A stretch of 63,904 nucleotides of DNA, counting the filler, from Stramenopiles sp. TOSAG23-2 (lineage: Eukaryota), in the NCBI GenBank assembly GCA_900128395.1. It is 3 parts of 3 records of this genome, joined end to end, with 100 filler letters (N's around TTAATTAATTAA, not from the genome) between each part and the next. Parts side by side here need not be neighbours in the genome. Positions count along the whole stretch, not along the records: positions 22,246 to 44,233 come from LT649520.1; positions 44,334 to 63,904 come from LT649577.1; 1 more part is not named here. One strand, written 5' to 3'. Shown here piece by piece: positions 33,620 through 45,784 of this stretch; the stretch's first letter is position 1; the number at the start of each line of letters is the position of its first letter. The notes beneath the pieces were generated by a model. It had not been told where the DNA came from, ran no database searches, and saw nothing but the letters and a program-made list of their open reading frames with translations. The position numbers and the translations under genes are program-made.

Positions 33620-35117
33620 ATGGCATCAATCACAAATAATACAAATGATACGACGAATACTACTCCTACTACTACCAATAATAATAATAATAATAATTCG
33701 AATAAACTAGACGTACCAACAAATGCAAATAAAACATGTGTTGGTACAAATTCAGAACAAGCTGGTAAAGTAAGTTCATGTGATGGTTGTCCAAATCAAT
33801 CATTATGCGCATCTGGAGAAGCACGTACGAAATCACAACAGATCAACAAAGAAGTCAATGCATGTATTGGTGATATTAAACATAAAATATTAGTATTATC
33901 TGGTAAAGGTGGTGTTGGTAAATCTACTTTTAGTGCACAAATGGCTTTTAATTTAGCAAAGCGGTAAGTTAATAATTTCAATCTATTTTTATAAACAAAA
34001 ACAAAATAACTAACCTATTATATGCACACATAGTGGACACCGTGTTGGTTTATTAGATATTGATATTTGTGGCCCTTCGATACCATTGATGTTAGGATTG
34101 AAAAATAGTGAAGTTCATAATAGTGGTGATGGATGGAGTCCAGTATATGTTACACCAGATGGTAATGAACAAGATGTTGAGGATGATTTAGAAAGTAATG
34201 AGAACAATAACAATATGGAAATGGATGGTGGGATGGTTGCTGTTATAAGTGTTGGTTTCATGTTACCAGATAGTGATAGTGCAGTTATATGGCGTGGTCC
34301 ACGTAAAAATGCATTGATTAAACAATTTTTAACAGTAAGTAAACGATGTATATATAGATATACGATGGAAACTATATATATACAATTATATACCCAATTC
34401 AATTACATTATGGTGTTATAATAATGTAGAAAATCATACAATTATACAACTTTTTTTTTCTAACTCATTGCAAACCTAAATACACACATAAATATAAATA
34501 TATATATATACATACAGGATGTTGATTGGGGTGAATTGGATTATTTAATAGTCGATACACCACCTGGTACTAGTGATGAACATATTTCCATTGTACAATA
34601 TTTAAAAGGATGTTTACAAGATGGTAAAGATGGTTGCGTCGTGATCACTACCCCGCAAGAAGCATCCATGGGTGATGTACGTAAAGAATTGAATTTTTGC
34701 AAGAAAACACATTTAAATGTGTTAGGTATCGTTGAAAACATGTCTGGTTTCATCTTGCCATTTGCATCATCATCAACAACTGATAATAATTTAAATAAAT
34801 TAAATATCATTAATAACGATACTGGTAACGATGTAACAAATGATATGATGTTGAAAATCAAAACGCATTTACCTGAATTATTAAATTGTTCTGTATTTAC
34901 AAATATATTTACAACAACCACGACGACAACGAATGGTGCATCAGTTGATACACCAAAAGAGATGGCAAAGAAATTTTCGGTGCCATATTTAGGTTCATTA
35001 CCATTGGATACGGATTATTTAAAAGCATGTGAAAGTGGTAAACCAGTGGATGATAATACGAATGCCAGTAAACGTTTGAATATGGTGATTGATAATATGT
35101 TGAGTAAATTAAATTGA
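33620..35117 (+). CDS. NBP35: Cytosolic Fe-S cluster assembly factor NBP35/NUBP1; 3 exons (33620-33963, 34034-34334, 34518-35117), about 414 aa
   Basis: N-terminal C-x13[10 protein letters not shown] cluster, [38 protein letters not shown]. Introns 33964-34033 and 34335-34517 are GTAAGT...AG with CTAAC and keep the frame. Confidence 0.95.
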
Positions 35118-35686
35118 TTATTTTTTTTTTGAAAGTTCCATACCAGTGTATTACATATAATTTTACTTCTCTATGGTAAAAATACGGACAGGAGGTGAAA
35201 AGTGGCAACTAGAGTTATAAAAAAGAGGAGAGACGGAGAGAGACACAAACATATTTAACAAAAATTAACACAAAATTAAGAACTCATGTTTCCTCCGGTT
35301 CCCGGTTTCTCTCAAAAATTTAAAATTTAAAAACTAAAAGCAAAACATATTTTGTTAAAAATTTGTAGGAGTAATTTTAATATGATTTTTACTTTCTTTC
35401 CCCGTCAGAACACTCACACACATTATCATACACTTTTCCAAATGTCTTTCATATATAATATTATTTATATTAACATCAATCGTCTTCCTGTCTTTTCCAT
35501 CCTTCCCCGTTTCTCTCCATCATTCATATTTCCAAACATCAAATATATATACATACATATATATATATATATACATAAACTACCATTTTTGTATTGGCAC
35601 TCCTCACTCGACCAACACACAATTCGTTTACATACATATATATACAAATTATATATCTCTGATTATTAGCATTTTATTATATATAT

Positions 35687-36734
35687 TTATGATTCTTGTA
35701 CTGGAAATTCAAAAACAACATCTTTTTGTGTTAATGTTTTGTATACAGTTGCAAATGTATCCAATTTCGTCTCGACATTCACTTGATCTTTTGGATCTAA
35801 CAATACTTTCATTGTTTTGCTACCATCCGTTGCAAAACGTGTCCTTTTACCAACGATCTCCGTTGGGTATACTAAATCATCCAAAATGGCTTCTTGTACA
35901 TTGGTTAATGTACGACTACGTGGTCTTGGTCCTTTGCTACCTTTGGATGTTCTACGTTTGTATGACATACCGTAGATTTGCCTTTGTGCAATGATTAATA
36001 CATGTTGTCCATTGAATTTCTTTTCCATCTCACGGATTAATTGTGCTTGTACGGTGTGGAATGCACGTAATAATTTAAATGGTACAAAACATACAATAGC
36101 TGGTTTACCACCTGGTACTTCTACTTCTTTTGCTGCTACGATATATAAACGGGATAAATCGGATTTCATGGAACCAGACATTTCCAAATCGAATAATGCT
36201 TTGCTTACACGTTTTTCAAATTCATCAGGTTGTGCACCTATATATATTTTTTGTGTGTGTATATATATGTTGTATTTGTTAGTATATTTTGTGTTGATGA
36301 TGTTGTGTTGAGTATGAAAGAAAGAAAGAAAGAGAAAGGATATGTATATATATAGATTTATATTGTGGTTGTTATTGTTTTTTTGCTGCTTTTTTTCTTG
36401 TTGTTGTTTAATGATATACGACAGAAAATAATAATAATGATTCATGATATCGATTGAGGAAATGTTTCTATGTATCAACGTTATATATATATATACAATA
36501 TATCTTTTTATAGAGATAATATTGCATATATATAAGATATATTCGAACAACATATTCATTTTTTCCAACATCGATACAAGTAAATTATCATTATTTCCCC
36601 GTCATTTTAATCATTAACATCCAAAAAAAAAAAAAACATTACATTACAATTATAACCTATAATAAAAATATATGAAGTAGCGATTCACACTTACCTTTTG
36701 CTTTGATAATTTTGCTTGATGTATTTAACGACAT
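35687..36734 (-). CDS. RPS7: 40S ribosomal protein S7 (eS7); 2 exons (36734-36695, 36237-35687), about 196 aa
   Basis: LIREMEKKF, RPRSRTLTNVQEAILDDLVYPTEIVGKR, FATVYKTLT.KDVVFEFP. Exon 1 MSLNTSSKIIKAKG|GTAAGT; 457-nt intron 36694-36238. Confidence 0.96.
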
Positions 36735-37461
36735 GATTATTTCTTCTTCAAATTTGTTTTTTTTGATTTGTTCTTTTTGTCAACACTTTTACTTGCGTTG
36801 CCTCTTGTTGTTTTTATTTACTTTTTTTTTGTAAATAAAAATCATTTTTTTTTAATTTTTTGTTTAATTTTTGTATTTTTTCAATTTTCGACATCGATTT
36901 TCTAAGTATAAATGTATTCTATATATAGGATATTGTGTATATCACCAAGTATATTTGTGTATATTCTTATAAAATATGAAATATAAATAGTAGGTACACA
37001 GAGTGGTTTTGAAACTTAGACTATGAATATTCATGCCTACCATTCTGGACATAAAAAACAACATGAAATGTTTAATAATTGAATGAACCGTCAGGATTTG
37101 ATAAAATCGATTGTGTAGGAAAATAGTAGTCTAAAATCGTAGTGAAGTATAAATATGTACATTATGATAGGATATCTGAGGAATGGTGGTATTCTAATAT
37201 TACATTTAAGTATAGATTATGGAGATGTTGATAGGGAAGCTGGAAAGTTGGAAACTTGGCTAATTGACCATTCATTTTTACAATGCTATGTCTATAGTAA
37301 TTTGTGTCAAGAGCCAAATTACCTATCATATCCTGGAAATAGTGTACTTGAAGTGGATTTTAGACTATGATGGAAGGAAGAAACCTCTCAATTTACCATT
37401 ACATACCATTGTGCTATCATTATAATTACAAGATATACACTACATAGCATATATGGTAATG

Positions 37462-37536
37462 GTATTACCTGTATAACATTCTATGTATAGTAGTATTACC
37501 TGTATTCCAGTCTCTATGTAATGGTATTACCTGTAT
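37462..37536. repeat. 31-bp-period minisatellite, 3 copies with invariant core GTATTACCTGTAT
   Basis: Core at 37462, 37493 and 37524. Confidence 0.85.
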
Positions 37537-38219
37537 TATCTAATTACTACATTTTAAGATAAACACAAGATATATATAGCTATATAATCCTTTTGTAAAT
37601 AAGACGGTGAAGGATGAAAGATGAAAGGATGAAACTCTCCCAAAAACAGGCGGGGTCAATTAGTGCAGATTTAGTATACTATAAATATTTGATAGGTTGA
37701 TCTTGGAAGATAATAAATCCACAAAATCCAAAAATGGCCATATGCCATATAGGCCATAGGTTCATCACTTCGTACTTATTCTGTACTAAATACCTGTTAT
37801 CAAGAATACGGGATAATACGAATAAAGTAACAGTGTATAACAGTTATATCTTCTCTCAAAAATATACAATGGTATGTCTATCTTGTATTATATAGCAGGT
37901 GAATACTGTGGACCACCTTTTTGCACCCCTACAGATGTTTGCCTATTAGACGACTCTTAAGCTTTATATTAATCTTTATATTAATCTTCGTAATTAATAA
38001 GTAAGACCGACTTTTTTAATCTTGGTCAGAAATATATAGCAGGTATAAATACTTCGTACCATTAAAAATTATGTGTAAAACTAGGTATATAATAAAAGTC
38101 TTTTTTGTTATATTCCTCCGGTGATTACAGTGGTGCATCTTATTAATTGTAAACGTTCGTGTGTCATCAGAAGCTCTACCATATCATTACCACAGATACA
38201 ATATACGATATATATCATA

Positions 38220-40235
38220 TCATAGTGTGTAACATCGATTTTTCCACCAATTACCTGTTGTATATATAAATTCATTTTTCTCGCAATCAAATTCCGATCT
38301 AACAACACCTCCTGTATATTTGCATGGATCCGAAGGCGGTAAGAAATTATAATTACTATCAAACTGTAATTGCTGCCATTGATTAATTTTTCTTACAATT
38401 TTCATATGATATGCATATTGATTATCATATATATTTGTAGCATTCCATTGTGAACAAAAATATTGTGATATTTTCATTTCAAGCTGATCATTATCTAACA
38501 TATTACTAAAATATTTATCCCAGAAACTACTAATAGTATTTCTTTCCAATGTAAAAGATGGATATGGCAATCTCCTTCCATATGGTTGTGCTATATAATC
38601 ATGCAGATTCTCTTTACTATCATATGAATCTGTTAAAAATGACATGAACGACATTATATAACCCATTAATGAACCTGGTAGTAATGGTCGCAAGGAATGA
38701 AATATCGTTTCTCTAAAACCAATATCTAACGTTGCCCCATGAAGATTAACCCAATCACATTTAATATTGCTTGTACCATCATCGGATAATGATGATGCTA
38801 TTTTCAAATCCGTTGCGCATACCTTACCGATTAAGGATCCCCAACTAGTACGTTGAGTTAAGACTAGTGGTGATTTATTTTGCTGTTGACCTGACGTAAA
38901 GACCATCCAAAAAATTGGTATATCCAAATACTGTTGTATTTTTGTAAGTGATCTACGATATGCACTATCATGTTTATTCTTATAAAATACATGTTCTACA
39001 AATTTATCATACGAACATAATAGAAAAAATAATGTGTACAACAATGGTATCATAATATTTAACCACCGTTTTAAACAAGATTTGTTATGGAAGCACTTCA
39101 CTCCTGACTGTGTCGTTTCTGTTACTATCGGCTGTGGTGATTGCAGTTGTTGTAGTTGCCCCGTTTCATCATTCTTTTGGTTTGTTATTGATGTTGATTT
39201 TTTTCTTAATGGTGTTTTTGATCGACGTTTCTTTTTCATTTGTTTGAATCGGAATGATTCTTGTGTCATTTCTGTATTATTATCATGATCAACATGATCT
39301 TTACTTTCATAGTAGTATTTTTTGCTGCTACTTTTCACCTCTTTTAATATGCTGTTTGCATTGTAGTTGTTGCTGTTGTTTTTCTTCGAAACAATGTTGG
39401 CTAATAAAAACGTAATTTTTTTAGAAACGGATGGTGGGAAAAATAATGTTAAAAGGCATAAATTAATATATGGAAATATACCTATTTGCATTGCTATACA
39501 TATTCCTACATGAAATGAAAATAATGCCAATGATGCTATTAATTTTGTTTCTGGTATCAATAAGAAAAATGGTACAATCATTTCTACAATAAATGTCGAA
39601 CGTTGCAATGCTATGCATAACATTGGAAAATTCTTTCCGAGATACATACCAAAAGAACCACCATAAATACCAAACAAAGACACTTGCAATGTATTCGATT
39701 TCGTCCATGTTAAATCGTATATTTTATACCAACCAGACAGATAATACATAAAAATGGTAAACGTATAAATCAAAAATGTTGTTGCATTTTGATACCACTT
39801 TCCATTTTCTTCTACCATTTTATTATTATTTGATGATGATGGTAGAAAAATATTTAAAAATAATAAAAACGATAAAAGTATTTTCCCCGAGTCGTACGGA
39901 AGAATACTGGATTGGCATAAATATAAAAAAATGGAAGAAACCAACAACAATGAGTTTGAAGAACGTCTACCAGACAAACATAATTTAAAACCGAAATAGA
40001 TGTACCATAATATTAAAAAATATGCCCAAAATTCACCACCAAGATCAAACAGATTTAATGGCCAAATCCGAGACTTACGTGGTGCCATAATCCTATGTTT
40101 AGAAATTATTCTTACATTCTCGAATATAAGATAGGACAAACCATTTAACACAAGTATTAAACCTAAACAATGACGAAACAGTGCAATTGATTTACTATGT
40201 ATTGCTATTGATATATTTATTTTTACTTCTTTCAT
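38220..40235 (-). CDS. HTTM-domain multi-pass membrane protein (vitamin K-dependent carboxylase-like membrane domain)
   Basis: SIALFRHCLG, MYYLSGWYKI...W, TFIVEMIVPFFLL, FHVGICIAMQIGIFP, later FWMVFT motif and YFCSQWN. Confidence 0.75.
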   Translation of the reverse strand: MKEVKINISIAIHSKSIALFRHCLGLILVLNGLSYLIFENVRIISKHRIMAPRKSRIWPLNLFDLGGEFWAYFLILWYIYFGFKLCLSGRRSSNSLLLVSSIFLYLCQSSILPYDSGKILLSFLLFLNIFLPSSSNNNKMVEENGKWYQNATTFLIYTFTIFMYYLSGWYKIYDLTWTKSNTLQVSLFGIYGGSFGMYLGKNFPMLCIALQRSTFIVEMIVPFFLLIPETKLIASLALFSFHVGICIAMQIGIFPYINLCLLTLFFPPSVSKKITFLLANIVSKKNNSNNYNANSILKEVKSSSKKYYYESKDHVDHDNNTEMTQESFRFKQMKKKRRSKTPLRKKSTSITNQKNDETGQLQQLQSPQPIVTETTQSGVKCFHNKSCLKRWLNIMIPLLYTLFFLLCSYDKFVEHVFYKNKHDSAYRRSLTKIQQYLDIPIFWMVFTSGQQQNKSPLVLTQRTSWGSLIGKVCATDLKIASSLSDDGTSNIKCDWVNLHGATLDIGFRETIFHSLRPLLPGSLMGYIMSFMSFLTDSYDSKENLHDYIAQPYGRRLPYPSFTLERNTISSFWDKYFSNMLDNDQLEMKISQYFCSQWNATNIYDNQYAYHMKIVRKINQWQQLQFDSNYNFLPPSDPCKYTGGVVRSEFDCEKNEFIYTTGNWWKNRCYTL

Positions 40236-40286
40236 TTTTCACTTACTATATTTTATTTTTACTTCTTTCATTTTTCACTTACTATA
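40216..40286. repeat. Perfect 35-bp tandem duplication (36-bp period) spanning the HTTM start codon
   Basis: TTTATTTTTACTTCTTTCATTTTTCACTTACTATA at 40216-40250 and 40252-40286. Confidence 0.92.
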
Positions 40287-41376
40287 CACTACCGTATTAC
40301 CTTGACGGAAATGCTCGAAGCTATATGCAGTATTTAATTCCGCGGAGTGGCGAGAACAAGAAGTATAATAAGTCGTCATCCAATAAATAAATATTATTAC
40401 AACTTTTGTATGAATAATAATGCTGGAAAAGAATGCTGGAAGAATGCCAGGAATGCTGCTGGAAGAGGACTGGAAGAATGATGGGATGAAGGAGAAGATG
40501 ATTTGGGAGTTGTGTTGTCGTACAAAATATATTATAATTAATATCTATATTTATATACTAGTAACTACAATACCCTATATAATAATTCACTGTAATGCTA
40601 TTTCTATATCAATTTACGGTTAAATTTTTAGTTTTCAAACGCCATCAACCTCTCATATTCCAATTATCACATTATTATATTCATATTCCCGATTTTTTAC
40701 ATCCGTTCAGGCCAAACTTTAATATTATCATATGACACGCATTGCTATTTGTATCTTTTTTTTAATAATTATACAATTTCCAAATAAATTCTCAAAGACT
40801 TTTGGCAGTTAGAATTTTCAGAAGAATTATAGGTGAAATCAGCTACATAAATAAAAAAAATACAAAAAAAAAATAAATAAAAAAAAACATTTTTTGGTCG
40901 TCTATAATCTTGTAGGTCGCAAATCTAAGTACAACTAATATCCTCTCAATTACCTAATATTTAGATACTATTTCTTAGTCTACCATAAATCATACCTATC
41001 AAAACGATTCACTCAAAAATAATAAAAAATGAAAAATCAAAACAAAAACTTTCAATAAAAACGTACATGAACGATGCATGCCCTAAGGCATTTGTGTATT
41101 TACTACATTTCAAGAAGATAGATTAATAGATGTAACAATATATATATATATATATATTAGTAAAAACGAAAACAATTACCTGCATAGAGTCTTACCTGTA
41201 TAATCGTTCAATTCATTTTTATTATACAAATTGAGTTTCAAATAAAAAAATATATATTTCATTTCTCGACATTTCTGGACTTATTAATAACATTTTTTTT
41301 TTAACGTTAGAAACAACATTTTCGATATATATAATTTAACAAATAGAATAACAATCAAAGATATACCTACACAAAC

Positions 41377-43794
41377 ATGTCGATGAAAGGCAGTGGTTCG
41401 CGTTTACCAATGCGTGGTAAAGATGATAATAAACGTTCACAAACAAATTATAATAATAAGAAGAATAAAAATAATAGAAATTCCAACGCATCCACACCCA
41501 ATTCTTCTACTTCTAGTTCAAAATCAACTGGAAAAAAAAAATTATTATCAGTCGATACAAAAACAATACCTATAAGATCATCCCCATCTAGACAACAACG
41601 TCAACAACAACAACAACAGCGACGTATACAAACAAATACAACCGCATCATCACCAATTAATTTTAGTGGTGGTCCAAATTCACCAACAAAAACAAAAGAA
41701 CAATTAGAAATATTATTAAATGAACGTGGTATGTATATATATATAGAGAGAGATATAATTATACTAACTACAAACAAACAAACAAAATAATAATACTAAC
41801 ATATATTTCTACTCCTAAACCCCTCGTAAAAAAAAATACCAGATGAAACACGTGAAGAAATAGAACGTTTATACAATGAATTGGAAAATTTAAAAGAACA
41901 AGTATTACGCAGTGAACATGAACGTGATAATATACAAAGTAAACTATATCGTAGTGAGAAAGAAATTACAAATTTAAAGTCACAACATCATGAAATTACA
42001 GCAGATATGAAATCAAAAATAAAAAAATTAACAAGACGTGTTAAATTAGTCAATACCATTGAAAATGCATTATTAGAATTGTATTTTGAAATACGAGATC
42101 GTAGTATGGATGATTTCAATAATAATAACAACAATAATTCAAATCAAATGATACGTGCACAAGATATTGAAAAAGAAAAACGAAATTTATTAAATGAATG
42201 CAATAATGATATATTAGTTGTATTAGATCATTTACGTGCAAATATACGTATACAATTTGCATTTAAAGAAGATTACGAACGTGAATTAAAAGGTAGTTTA
42301 GATCGGAAACAAAATGTACATGTGAATGAAGTCAATCGTATGAATCATATGCATGAACAATTGCATGAAAAGATTAAAGAAGCCAATGCACGCCGTCAAG
42401 ATGCAATTAAACGTATGGAAAAAGCGGAACATAGTAAAAAAATTGTAATGGATGAAGCAAAACATATGGTAGAAATAGCTGATCATAAAATTGAAGATTT
42501 AAAAGAACGTATATTAGAAGGTGATTTAATGATCAAAGAAAATGAAATGAAATTAAAGGAAGCATGGGATAGAGTACATAAAGCAGAAAAAAGTGAAATG
42601 CAAATTGCGCAATTACAAGAAAAATTACATACACAACAATTATATTCAGAACGCCAATTATTACGTAGTGATACATTGCATCAAACTGAATTAAAACGTT
42701 TAAATCATCAATTATTGCAATCAAATAATTTAAAAGCAAGAAATGATAAATTAGAAAGTGAAATGAAACATTTAAAACGTGAATTAGCAAGTTATAAACA
42801 GAATTTAAAATTAGCAAAATATACAACAGCTGAAGCAAAAAGTCAATATTCAGAACAACAAATGTATGTACTTTGTGTATATATATATATATATATATGT
42901 CTTTATCTATCTATCTATAGTTTCAATGTTTATAATATTAAAAAGAAAAAAAAAGAAAAACTAACAAATTTAATTATAATAAACTGTATTATTAACATTG
43001 TACAATTCAACATACATATATATATATGTAGGTACAAAGCACAAAAAGAATTATCACAATTAAAAGAAAAATATATTATGGTCTCACGTTTGGCAGAAGA
43101 TCGCGCAAATATGATTGCATCAATGAAAGGTAAATATAATGAAATGTTTGAAAAGAAAAAAAGAAATTTAAATCAAAAAGCTATTACACAATCATTAACA
43201 CGTAATCGTATTAAAGAAATTGCTGATCAAAATCCATCATATGCAGCATATTATAAAAAGAAATTATTAGCAAGTGAACAACGTGTACAAGATTTAACTA
43301 AAATGTTAAAAAGTTTTATGATGTCAGAACATAAAAAGAAAACAGCATTGACAAGTACACGTATGGCAGCACAACGATATCAAATTGAATTAGATACGGT
43401 TAAAACACAATTAGTTGCAAGTGAAAAAACACGGAATGAAGTGGAACAACGTATATTAGATATGGAATTACAACGTAGACGTAATAATCGTGGACGTATT
43501 AGAAGACGTCCACAAAGTGCAGGTATATCACGTAGTAGTAAAATCGATCCAATTATTAATCGTTTAAAAGGTGATAGTAGTATCATTAGTAGCAATGGTA
43601 GCATTAACGCAGATACATTTTTAAATGAATTAAAAGAAGAATTAAAAGAGGAACAACAACAAGAACAAAACAATAATCAACAAATGATGATGAAAAATGC
43701 ACAATCAATGCCAATTATAAGTACGACAAGTGTAATCAGTGAAACTAGCCAATATGATCTACCAATATCATTTCACCATAGTAAGAAGAAGTAA
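41377..43794 (+). CDS. Coiled-coil protein; 3 exons (41377-41728, 41843-42863, 43032-43794), about 711 aa
   Basis: Introns 41729-41842 (GTATGT..TACTAAC..CAG) and 42864-43031 (GTATGT..CTAAC..TAG) keep the frame; long heptad-rich E/K/Q/L sequence. Confidence 0.82.
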
Positions 43795-44233
43795 AAAAAG
43801 TAATTAATGCGATATCATATATATTATATACGGAGAAGTAGAAGAAGGGGAGGAGTGTAGCAAATCCAGGCAATCTCAAAAAAAAATACGAATAAAGTTC
43901 GTGTATTTTTTATAAAAAAATTTAATATAATATTCGAGCTATAGTGCCTATTTGTATTACTCGGTCCCTTCACACTAATGGTGTCTCCACTATACTGTCT
44001 GCTGTCTGCTTCACTACTTTTAAAATGGAGCATAGGAGCGTAGCGACGTATTAGATTTTGTATAGTATTTTGTTTGTAGTTGGTATCATAGTGTACATAT
44101 CATAAATAAAATAAATATATATAAATCATAAATCATTATTAAACCTGTGTATTTTAATATACGTCCTATCCTCATCCCTCATCCCTTCCACTTGTTGATA
44201 CCCGTTTGATCCATCTTTTTTATATTGTTGTAT

Positions 44234-44333
44234 NNNNNNNNNNNNNNNNNNNNNNNNNNNNNNNNNNNNNNNNNNNNTTAATTAATTAANNNNNNNNNNN
44301 NNNNNNNNNNNNNNNNNNNNNNNNNNNNNNNNN
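44234..44333. other. Artificial contig-joining spacer
   Basis: 44 N + TTAATTAATTAA + 44 N. Confidence 0.97.
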
Positions 44334-44629
44334 AAAAAAAGACCACCTGACATGGGAGGGTCATCGTTAAATGAAATAGCAATAATAATAATACAGGTAA
44401 GGTGCATAATGGTGCAATGTGCTAGACTAAATGTATACGTTGAGGGTTCTCCATAAAAAATATAAAAATACATATATATGTATTAATTACATAAACACAT
44501 GTACACATTCTTAAAAAGAGATCATTATTATACACTTAGTGACAACTACCAAGTATGTACATCATTGAATAATACATATCTACGTTATAATCACTTGCTG
44601 CGTATATAACATTATATATACGCGCGCAC

Positions 44630-45296
44630 TCGTTTATTAATTAATTGATCTACTAATTCAATATTGTTTTTTCCAATAGCTACATGTAATGCACAAGCAC
44701 CTGTAACTCTATCTTGAAAATCTATATTTGTCACATTTGAGATTTGTTTCTTGATATATTTTTTATTTCCCTGCCTAATATAGAGCAAAAATGTTTCATG
44801 ATTGAGTCTAGAAATCCGCTGTGCCTCTTTAGAAGTACCCCCTTGTTGTTTTGACATATTTTTTGCAATATAAGATAGTCGACTTCGAACAAATTCCCAT
44901 TTTGATCGACGTTCAACAAATAAAATGTGTCTAGGATCATCAGCATTTTCTAATATCTCTTCAATTGCTTCAAAATCCAATATTGATGTTTGAATGCCAT
45001 TGATGCTTGCTACAACTAGCCCCGGCCGCAGTCTCGGATACATATCACTAAAAAATTCCTTATCCTATATACCGTAATGCATATATATGTTTATAGATAG
45101 ATGGATAAAGTTATAGGTTAGATAATGATATTATAAAAGAAAAGTTAGTAGAAGCAAAATAACATACATCGTCACTAGCCCAATCCGCAAAAATTGCTCC
45201 AATATTATCATTTCCAGGTCTCAGGGTGAACGGAACTTGTTCTCCTGGAAATTGAATTTCGAAAGCGGAATCAGCAGCCAATTGCATAAACGCCAT
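44630..45296 (-). CDS. 5' part of a PDZ-like + ankyrin-repeat protein (exons 45296-45168, 45064-44630); 3' end probably lost at the contig end
   Basis: Intron 45167-45065 (GTATGT...TAG) joins DWASDD|DKEFF. PDZ-like LRPGLVVASING...FEAIEEILENA..PRHILF; ankyrin TGACALHVAIGKNNIELVDQLI; probable next donor GTGCGC at 44629. Confidence 0.7.
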
Positions 45297-45784
45297 TATT
45301 CTATTATTTTGGGTATATAACGTAACAAGAATTCGTATGTCTTGAGTGTAAATATATAATATATTTTACATATGAACATTGAGCAGAGATATGTTGTCTA
45401 TAATATTTTATGACGCACGTTAACAAAAAAATGATTATTTGTCATGTGTATATAAATAATAATAATTTCAATTAGCATATAGAATATATAGCTAGAGCTA
45501 TCTGTATAACATACTGTATCTATATAGTACTGTAATCTGGTAATCTACCACCTGTCTGTGTGGTGGTGATAAGCGGCGAGGCTCAATATTAACCGTTTTT
45601 TTAGCTGATATATAGTTGCTATTCCGTAAAAGACGCGAGAATGCGATCAATGTTAAGGTGTATTGAGAATGGAGTTTATAGATATCACAGTATATAGTTT
45701 AGAATAGTAAGAAAACGGAGATTTTAATTTGCATCCTTAAATATATGAAAAGTAATCCATATTACCTTGTATTTTTAGTTTATA

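Noticed and set aside
35687-36571. 294-aa RPS7 with a long N-terminal extension (similarly the extended starts for LSm2 at 16089, ORF 22377 and ORF 20997)
   Set aside because: The extensions are translated intron, UTR or microsatellite sequence from non-ATG or spurious starts; canonical splice sites and ATGs give normal proteins.
37462-37536. CRISPR array
   Set aside because: Only three 13-bp cores, spacers resemble each other, eukaryotic context, no cas genes.
40419-40480. GAATGCTGGAA-type short repeats and ORF 40420-40623
   Set aside because: Degenerate simple repeat in a divergent promoter region with no evidence of coding.
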